64,000 bases of DNA from an uncultured Bacteroidales bacterium (GTDB taxonomy: Bacteria; Bacteroidota; Bacteroidia; Bacteroidales; UBA7960): the NCBI GenBank assembly GCA_964624065.1, contig CAZUWF010000002.1, forward strand, positions 68,261 to 132,260, written 5' to 3'. Below the pieces are notes generated by a model. The model saw nothing but the letters and a program-made list of their open reading frames with translations. It did no database searches and was not told the origin of the DNA. Positions 57,531 to 64,000 of this stretch are shown in pieces. The position numbers and the translations under genes were made by a program. Each line of letters starts with the position of its first letter. The stretch's first letter is position 1.

Positions 57531-60500
57531 TCATCGCATAACAATAAGTTTCTTCGCCGAAGAAGTAACCATTCCTTTTGGCGTTGAGAGGTTCAACCTG
57601 TAAACATAAACCCCGTTGGCCACCGGCCTGCCATCATTGTCTCTCGAATCCCACTCGATGGGTGGAGACTGATTTCCAGGGGTGTTTATGGTGGATTCTA
57701 ATGTTCTGACCAATTTTCCGCTAAGGTTAAAAACTTGAATTACCAAGCCGAGGTCGGTAAAGGGCATATTGTGTTGAAAGCTAAAGGTGGTGTTTTGCCC
57801 AAACGGGTTTGGGTAATTGAAAAGCCCTTCAACAACCAAACCAAAGGAACCTCTTACCACAAACTCAATTTTGACAACGGTGGGATTGTTGTGGTTATCC
57901 CAAGCCCTAAGCGTTAGTGTGTGCTTTCCTTCCGGAAGATTGAAAAATGGAAAAACAACCCTACCGGAGGTAAAACTATTCAAGTCGTATTGAAAGAAGT
58001 TATTCAAAATTATCGAAGCAGAGGTGTTTTCATTGAGAATTGCAACAATATTGTGCCCCAGTCGCCCGGTTGTATTAATCCCGTTGGCATCGCTGATAAG
58101 GGCAATCATTACAGGATTTGGGGTTGTTTCTCCACCCGAAACGAACGAAAGGGTATTCATAAACAGATTGATCTCAGGGCCTTGGTTATTGGGAACGGCA
58201 TGAGGATGCGTGCCTCCCACAATGAACTCCGAGAAGTGGCCATGGCCATCTGTTTGGCCATTGTCGAAGTAGTAACTAACCTTTCCCTTGCCAAAATTGT
58301 AAGAAATGTCTTTGGGTACCACGAACGAAAACGAAAATTGGCCATTTGTAATGCTTGCTTTTCCCTTGAAAAGGATGGAATTCTGCACCGAGAAAGGTCT
58401 TGCTAGACTTCCGGGGTCATGACCAAATGTTGAGAAGGTCAATTTTTTGTCGTACACCGTAGGATACAATATACCATTGTAGTTGATAGGATTACCCGAA
58501 TGGTCGGTAACACGTCCGGATATGGTAACGCTTTGCAGGGCCCTGATGGTATCTGGTATTTGTGTGGTTACCACATTTAATTCTGGATACCCCATTTTCA
58601 TGGAAGGATCTCCTAGCAGTACAAAGTTCTTTAAGTATACCTGAATTCCGGGACCGCTATTAACCTTTGCCTGCCTAATAAGGTCACCCAGCCTTGGAAG
58701 GTGGCCGTTTGGTTGGCGTGTAAATGCCAAGTTGGAAAAGTTAAGATTGAAGTTTTGATTGAAAGAAGACCAAGCAATTCTCGTGGAGGTAACCAATGCC
58801 GAAGCACCCCCATCGGGCTTGAGAAAAATGCGAACCCCTGCGGAGTTTTGTGCTGGATCGGGATTGTCGAAGCTTGAAAACTCGCATGTGGCTGTCAAGA
58901 AAACCGGAAGGTTGTAGGTGTTCCGCCAGGTCGTGATGTCGTCAAAGGTTACAATGCGCTCGTGTGCCAATCCATTCACCCCCCCGTGGCCAATGTAGTT
59001 GATTAGCAATGTGCCTTGGTTTATAGCTTCACTTATGGCCCTGTTTACATCAGGGTACCTTTGGCCGCCTGCCAGGCTTACTTGCTGGTAAGCATCAAGG
59101 TATATCTTTTGAATGTTATAAGTAGGAGCAATGTTGCCTATCAGGTTGGCAATTTCTTCCGAATCGGTAAAATGGGTATTATAGTCCTCATCATCGGCAA
59201 TCATCAATAGTTTATTGCGCCAGTCGGCGTGGTTAGAAACCACTCCGGCCGCTTGAAGGGTTTGATTGCTCGGATGTAGTATGTCTATCCTTTTGTTGTA
59301 CCTAATGAGCTTATCAACCACCGCCTTGGCTTCACTAATATTCCTGACAGGCAACCTACCTATTCCTAAGTCGGGTAGTCCGGTGGCATCGTGACCTTCT
59401 GAGTTGTCAAGAATTACGAAATAGTCGTCAGATTGAAGACAAAGGCTCTGATTTAACGAGTTTTGACTCTGGAATGTAGGTATAAGATTGCCTCCAAACC
59501 CAAGTATGTTGCGATTGTCGTATGTGCCGTTTCCAAATAATAGCACGTACTTGTTTGGTTGATTGCCGCCGGAGGTTTCCTTGCGGTAAAACATTTTGAC
59601 AAAATTTCTTATTGCGCCTATATCGGGTACCCCTGACGAGAACTCGTTGTAAACCTGGGAGGTTGTTACCACAGCCACGCTCAAATTATCGTTTGTGGCT
59701 CTGAATTGAGCAAGGCGATTAGCCTCTGCAACCAGCAAATCGTTGACAATGATTATTAGTTCTGCCGCTTGCATTCCGTGGAGATTTTGATTTGCAACCA
59801 CTCCTGCTAGCCTGGGTTTGAGAAATGAAGTTCCGTCAAATGCCACGAATTCGGTCAAGGTGCCCGCGCCCCTGGTAAATACCAGGGCGTTTCCCGCAAT
59901 CGAGGTTTGCTGTTGCCTAACGTTGAAGGGGTCGGAAACATCCCATACAGACACCTGTTGGCCAGCGCCTGACAGCGTGTACCGAGCCACGTTCCCGGCG
60001 CCAATAGCGCTAACGTTGCGGAAAGCCATTTGCGGCGAAGAGAAGGCAAGTTGACGGGTAATATTAATGGAGATGTAATCGAGAAAACCGCGCGAAGTGG
60101 ACGTAGGCCGGTTGTACTGAACCGTTACGTCAACTTTTCCAGGCTGATTTGGATTAAAGATCAGCTCCCTCTCCACCAAGGTGGCATAGTTGCTTATGCT
60201 GCTTTCTAGGATTACGGGATCGATGTTTTGGTTTAAGGTTGTGCCACCAGCCGCCAATGTAAACAAGCTTGAAACCCCAGACCTAGCAGCAAAACTTGAC
60301 TTCAATCTTGCCGGCTCTGTCGAAACTATGTTTGAAAAGTCAAAACTTAATGTAAGAGGAGCGCTGCTTTCGAAGGCTTCCCCAAACCAGGTTTTACCGC
60401 TTCGAAGGAGATTTCTAACTTCCCTTTCGTGAAACGCCATATCCCTGAAAGTGGTGACCTGGTGTGTTGGTGGTTCTGAAACCGAAGCCTGACTGGTAAT

Positions 60501-61385
60501 CCGCTTGCCCGGTCCGTTGTTGGTTGTAAGGAAGTAGCAACTTTCGGTTGAGTAGTAGTGTAGCTGGTGGTTAAATGCTTTGTTGGCAAGGTCGAAAACC
60601 CATTGGTTGGGCGATTGGCCGTAAAATAATATGTAATCTGAGGTGCCAAAGGCTCCTGATTGGGATCCTGAAACAAAAATAGAATTCTCTACCAAATCTG
60701 TTATTACGGGATGGCTATTACTCTCCGGGAGCATACCTCCTCCATTGCCGAATATGCGTAGGTTTGACTTGTCAATTGAAGAAACATTTATGCCCAAGCT
60801 TGCCAAATCAGATTGGTTGAGTTGATAAACTCCCGTCTTGTCAACGCAAATCTTGTACCAGTTGCCCTTTGATAAAACCGAGGTTGTTGGGTAATTGCCA
60901 CTAGATTTCGAAAAAAATTCTGTGTCTATTGCCGGCGCCTTGCTGAGACCGAATGAAACTAACCTCTCAAAAAGTCCTGTTTCCGAATTTTTTCTGAAAG
61001 GATAGAAAGACACGCTTGAGTACATTTCAGACCCCGAGCCCCCGTAGGTATGGGTTAGGGTAATTTCGCTTCGACTATACCCGCTTTCTTCAAGAATTTG
61101 TCTTTCCGGTTCACTAACAGGCTTGAAGACAGGCGATTGCAGTTCGTAGGAAAACTTTACGAAAGGCTGATCGCCAATTTCTTGGTGCAAGAATTGCGGA
61201 ACCCCAACAAAAAAATAATCATAAATGGCTCCATCAAAAGAAATTGCGGGGATCGAGAAACCGGGACCAAACGAAATTGTCTGGGGTTCCTTCCATTTGA
61301 TTTCGATAGGAATTTGTGCATCATTAGCTTGAACCATGACGCCGCCAAACGACAAGAAAAATGTAAAAAGTAGGAATCTGGGCAT
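57531..61385 (-). CDS. porU: Type IX secretion system sortase / C-terminal signal peptidase PorU (peptidase C25-like)
   Basis: 1284 aa, signal peptide and a gingipain/C25-like central region. The size and the porV/gldJ neighbourhood match the arrangement known in Flavobacterium johnsoniae. The C-terminus looks like a type A T9SS sorting domain (NGVYVYRLNL...KKLIVMR). Confidence 0.85.
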   Translation of the reverse strand: MPRFLLFTFFLSFGGVMVQANDAQIPIEIKWKEPQTISFGPGFSIPAISFDGAIYDYFFVGVPQFLHQEIGDQPFVKFSYELQSPVFKPVSEPERQILEESGYSRSEITLTHTYGGSGSEMYSSVSFYPFRKNSETGLFERLVSFGLSKAPAIDTEFFSKSSGNYPTTSVLSKGNWYKICVDKTGVYQLNQSDLASLGINVSSIDKSNLRIFGNGGGMLPESNSHPVITDLVENSIFVSGSQSGAFGTSDYILFYGQSPNQWVFDLANKAFNHQLHYYSTESCYFLTTNNGPGKRITSQASVSEPPTHQVTTFRDMAFHEREVRNLLRSGKTWFGEAFESSAPLTLSFDFSNIVSTEPARLKSSFAARSGVSSLFTLAAGGTTLNQNIDPVILESSISNYATLVERELIFNPNQPGKVDVTVQYNRPTSTSRGFLDYISINITRQLAFSSPQMAFRNVSAIGAGNVARYTLSGAGQQVSVWDVSDPFNVRQQQTSIAGNALVFTRGAGTLTEFVAFDGTSFLKPRLAGVVANQNLHGMQAAELIIIVNDLLVAEANRLAQFRATNDNLSVAVVTTSQVYNEFSSGVPDIGAIRNFVKMFYRKETSGGNQPNKYVLLFGNGTYDNRNILGFGGNLIPTFQSQNSLNQSLCLQSDDYFVILDNSEGHDATGLPDLGIGRLPVRNISEAKAVVDKLIRYNKRIDILHPSNQTLQAAGVVSNHADWRNKLLMIADDEDYNTHFTDSEEIANLIGNIAPTYNIQKIYLDAYQQVSLAGGQRYPDVNRAISEAINQGTLLINYIGHGGVNGLAHERIVTFDDITTWRNTYNLPVFLTATCEFSSFDNPDPAQNSAGVRIFLKPDGGASALVTSTRIAWSSFNQNFNLNFSNLAFTRQPNGHLPRLGDLIRQAKVNSGPGIQVYLKNFVLLGDPSMKMGYPELNVVTTQIPDTIRALQSVTISGRVTDHSGNPINYNGILYPTVYDKKLTFSTFGHDPGSLARPFSVQNSILFKGKASITNGQFSFSFVVPKDISYNFGKGKVSYYFDNGQTDGHGHFSEFIVGGTHPHAVPNNQGPEINLFMNTLSFVSGGETTPNPVMIALISDANGINTTGRLGHNIVAILNENTSASIILNNFFQYDLNSFTSGRVVFPFFNLPEGKHTLTLRAWDNHNNPTVVKIEFVVRGSFGLVVEGLFNYPNPFGQNTTFSFQHNMPFTDLGLVIQVFNLSGKLVRTLESTINTPGNQSPPIEWDSRDNDGRPVANGVYVYRLNLSTPKGMVTSSAKKLIVMR

Positions 61386-61404
61386 ATAATTGGAAAATGT
61401 AAAT

Positions 61405-61412
61405 CAAATTTA
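61405..61412 (-). promoter_or_regulatory. Candidate -7 box (TAAATTTG) for porU
   Basis: The reverse strand matches TAnnTTTG 20 nt upstream of ATG 61385. Confidence 0.45.
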
Positions 61413-61543
61413 ATCTGAAAAATTGACAAAACGATGCAAAACCTTGCCACATCCAAGTGCACTGTTATACAAACGAATGCGGAACAAAAATATTTTCGAC
61501 CTTTGTACCGTTTAGGGAATTAATGGTGGTCAGAGAGCAAAAA

Positions 61544-62527
61544 ATGAAAGGCGGAATTTTGGCAATATGTTTTTACCTGTTTCTCTCGATACCATCGGTG
61601 TCGAAAGCCCAGGATCCTATTTTCTCACAGTTTTTTTCTGCCTCCACCTACCTAAACCCGGCTTTTGCTGGGGCCAACGACTGTTCGCAATTAGTTTTCA
61701 ATTACCGTAATCTGCCTTGGTCTGGGTTCGGCACATTCTCAACTTTTAATTTTTCCATTGACACCTACTTGCCCAAGTTAAGTAGTGGGTTGGCTTTTCT
61801 TCTCACCAGCGACCATCAAGGTGGTTTGGTCTATAACAATCAAATCAGCGGCATTTACAGCCATAGAATCAAGCTTTCAGAAGATTTTTATGTAAATCTT
61901 GGGCTTCAAGGTGGCTATTTTCGCAAGAACCTAAGATGGGATAGACTAGTTTTTTCAGACCAAATTGACCCCGCCACCGGTCAAATTTTGCCACAAACCG
62001 AATCGCCTCCACCACAAACCTGGACAGATGGTGTTGATTTTTCATCTGGTTTATTGTTTTACGGAAATGGGTTTTATGGCGGATTCGGAGTGCATCACTT
62101 AACCTCGCCAAACACAGGATTTTTTGAAGCATTCGAATTGCCAAAGAAGTATACAGCCCACGCGGGATTTTTCTTGCCCGTAAAGCAAACTGGTTTTGGG
62201 GTGAACAAAAGTGAAGAAATATTTATCTCGCCAAACATTATTTTGCAGCAACAAGGCCAACACAAACGATTAAATTATGGCCTATATGCGGGCATTTCAT
62301 CCTTTGTTGCCGGAGTTTGGTTCAGACATCAGAAGCTATTGCCGGCAACGATGATTTTTTTGGTTGGATTGCAGCTTGATGGTTACAAAATTGGGTACAG
62401 CTTCGACTATTCATTATCGGGATATTCTGGTGCCTTGTATGGTGCCCACGAGGTTAGTATTTCGTATAACTTCAACTGCAATCAAAAAAACAAACGGAGG
62501 ATCATACTAAACTGTCCCATTTTTTAG
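61544..62527 (+). CDS. PorP/SprF family type IX secretion system membrane protein
   Basis: Signal peptide, then AQDPIFSQFFSASTYLNPAFAG, the family-defining N-terminus, in a beta-barrel-like protein. The ATG is at 61544. Confidence 0.8.
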   Translation: MKGGILAICFYLFLSIPSVSKAQDPIFSQFFSASTYLNPAFAGANDCSQLVFNYRNLPWSGFGTFSTFNFSIDTYLPKLSSGLAFLLTSDHQGGLVYNNQISGIYSHRIKLSEDFYVNLGLQGGYFRKNLRWDRLVFSDQIDPATGQILPQTESPPPQTWTDGVDFSSGLLFYGNGFYGGFGVHHLTSPNTGFFEAFELPKKYTAHAGFFLPVKQTGFGVNKSEEIFISPNIILQQQGQHKRLNYGLYAGISSFVAGVWFRHQKLLPATMIFLVGLQLDGYKIGYSFDYSLSGYSGALYGAHEVSISYNFNCNQKNKRRIILNCPIF

Positions 62528-62528
62528 T

Positions 62529-62536
62529 TATCTTTG
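62529..62536 (+). promoter_or_regulatory. Candidate -7 box (TATCTTTG) for gldJ
   Basis: Matches TAnnTTTG 20 nt upstream of ATG 62556, immediately after the porP/sprF-like stop. Confidence 0.45.
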
Positions 62537-62555
62537 CAAACAAATTGAAAAAACT

Positions 62556-64000
62556 ATGGTCAAGAATTTTCGTAGGTTAATTATTCTAAGCATCCTACTG
62601 ATTTCCAGCGTTTCGGTTGTTTCATGCAAAAAAAGAGCCACCTCTTCCACCACCGGTTGGAGGTATAACGATGCTTCTGCGGGTGGTTTTCAAACCGCTC
62701 AATCTCAACTGCAAGAGACCGGTCCCGGTCTAATTTTCATTGAGGGAGGTCAATTTACGATGGGTCGCACCGAACAAGACGTAATGTTTGACTGGAACAA
62801 CAGACCTCGCAAGGTAACCGTTTCTTCTTTTTACATGGACGAAACCGAGGTTAGAAACATTGATTACCTTGAATATCTCTTCTGGGTTCAAAGGGTTTTT
62901 GGCGAAACATACCCCCAAAAGTATGTTGATGCCCTACCCGACACCTTAGTGTGGAGAAGCCCGTTGGCATTTAATGAGCCTTACGTTCAAAATTACTTGC
63001 GACATCCTGCTTATGCCGATTACCCGGTTGTAGGTGTCAGTTGGGTTCAGGCAAACGAATATGCTGCTTGGCGCACTGATAGGGTTAACGAAATGATCCT
63101 CGTCAGGGAGGGCATTATTACCTGGAATACCCTTGATCAGAAAAATCATAACAACTTCAATACCGAAGCATATTTGGCTGGCCAATACGATGCCGTGGCC
63201 CGAAAGAGCCTCCGCGATGCTTCGGGTGCCGATAGGAAGGTGAGGTGGAGCGATGGCATTCTCTTACCTTCGTACCGATTACCCACCGAAGCCGAGTGGG
63301 AATTTGCAGCCGTTGGATTAATTGGCACTACCGAACACGAAATAGTTTCCGATAGGAAACTGTATCCATGGGGAGGATCGCAAAACTTGCGCTCGCCTGA
63401 TAAGAAAAGCAGGGGTAATTTTTTGGCCAACTTCAAAAGAGGTCGAGGTGATTATATGGGTGTGGCAGGTTCACTCAACGATGGTGGCGCGGGCCCGGTT
63501 GAAGTACATTCCTTCTGGCCCAACGACTACGGGCTTTACAATATGGCAGGAAACGTAAACGAATGGGTGCTTGATGTTTACCGTCCACTTACCTTCGAAG
63601 ACATTGCCGATTTAAGACCGTTTAGGGGAAACCAGTTTCAAACCTTAATGCTAGACCAAAACGGCAAACCTGTTCCAAAAGATGAATTCGGAAGATTGAT
63701 AATGAGAGACGTAACTCAAGCCGAAAATGAAACACGCCGGAATTACAGGAAATCTGATTATAGGGATTACCGAGACGGCGATTTTATGTCAAGCCTCGAG
63801 TTTTCAAGCGAATCTACCGATAGCCTCAAGCTAATGTACGAGTATGGTGTTACTTCGCTTATCAACAATGAATCACGGGTTTTCAAGGGAGGTGGTTGGA
63901 ACGACCAAGCTTTTTGGCTGGTTCCTGGCAACAGAAGGTTCCTTGACCAAAATGAAGCCGCGGCAGATATTGGGTTCAGGTGCGCGATGATTAGGGTGGG
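62556..64000 (+). CDS. gldJ: Gliding motility lipoprotein GldJ (FGE-sulfatase/SUMF1-like fold), 3' end beyond the window
   Basis: Absent from the ORF track because it is open to the window end. MVKNFRRLIILSILLISSVSVVSCKK lipobox, then GPGLIFIEGGQFTMGR...YPVVGVSWVQANEYAAWR...LPTEAEWEFAA...NMAGNVNEWVLD...GGGWND...GFRCA. Confidence 0.88.
   Translation, partial: MVKNFRRLIILSILLISSVSVVSCKKRATSSTTGWRYNDASAGGFQTAQSQLQETGPGLIFIEGGQFTMGRTEQDVMFDWNNRPRKVTVSSFYMDETEVRNIDYLEYLFWVQRVFGETYPQKYVDALPDTLVWRSPLAFNEPYVQNYLRHPAYADYPVVGVSWVQANEYAAWRTDRVNEMILVREGIITWNTLDQKNHNNFNTEAYLAGQYDAVARKSLRDASGADRKVRWSDGILLPSYRLPTEAEWEFAAVGLIGTTEHEIVSDRKLYPWGGSQNLRSPDKKSRGNFLANFKRGRGDYMGVAGSLNDGGAGPVEVHSFWPNDYGLYNMAGNVNEWVLDVYRPLTFEDIADLRPFRGNQFQTLMLDQNGKPVPKDEFGRLIMRDVTQAENETRRNYRKSDYRDYRDGDFMSSLEFSSESTDSLKLMYEYGVTSLINNESRVFKGGGWNDQAFWLVPGNRRFLDQNEAAADIGFRCAMIRV

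Noticed and set aside
1-64000. CRISPR arrays, prophage or integrative elements, toxin-antitoxin or other defence islands.
   Set aside because: I saw no regularly spaced direct repeats, and no cas, integrase, transposase, restriction-modification or phage structural gene motifs. The only exact repeat I noticed by eye is the duplicated 72-nt tRNA-Glu.

Overview
This window looks like a chromosomal segment from a Bacteroidota genome with gliding motility and a type IX secretion system (T9SS). The evidence is a porV-porU / porP(sprF)-gldJ cluster, TAnnTTTG -7 promoter boxes in front of many genes, and no obvious Shine-Dalgarno sequences. It holds about 55 tightly packed, mostly housekeeping genes. 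These include prs, truA, rplY-pth, dnaK, rpmB, rpsT, folK, fbp, fabG, recQ, lptB and ispF. There are three tRNAs: one tRNA-Leu(CAA) and two identical tRNA-Glu(UUC) copies that flank rpsT. I found no rRNA, CRISPR array, transposase, integrase, phage gene or recognisable defence system. The ORF track uses alternative start codons (TTG/GTG), so I re-set several starts to the first ATG that fits homology and promoter position. The best candidate for new biology is a five-gene minus-strand operon at 42.6-48.3 kb. It encodes an atypical KamA-family radical-SAM aminomutase, 3-oxoacid CoA-transferase A and B, a GSAM-like class III aminotransferase, and a thiolase. It reads as a self-contained route from alpha-amino acid to beta-amino acid to beta-keto acid/CoA to thiolysis, and it lacks the canonical lysine-fermentation genes. 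Other points worth a second look: a near-perfect sigma54 promoter with a TGT-N10-ACA element upstream of dnaK; an alpha-oxoamine synthase + SDR pair (sphingolipid or sulfonolipid entry steps); an orphan archaeal-type WtpA-like binding protein; and three unusually long non-coding gaps (9.86-10.37, 24.16-25.32 and 27.09-27.55 kb). All functional calls come from reading motifs in the translations by eye. No database search was run.
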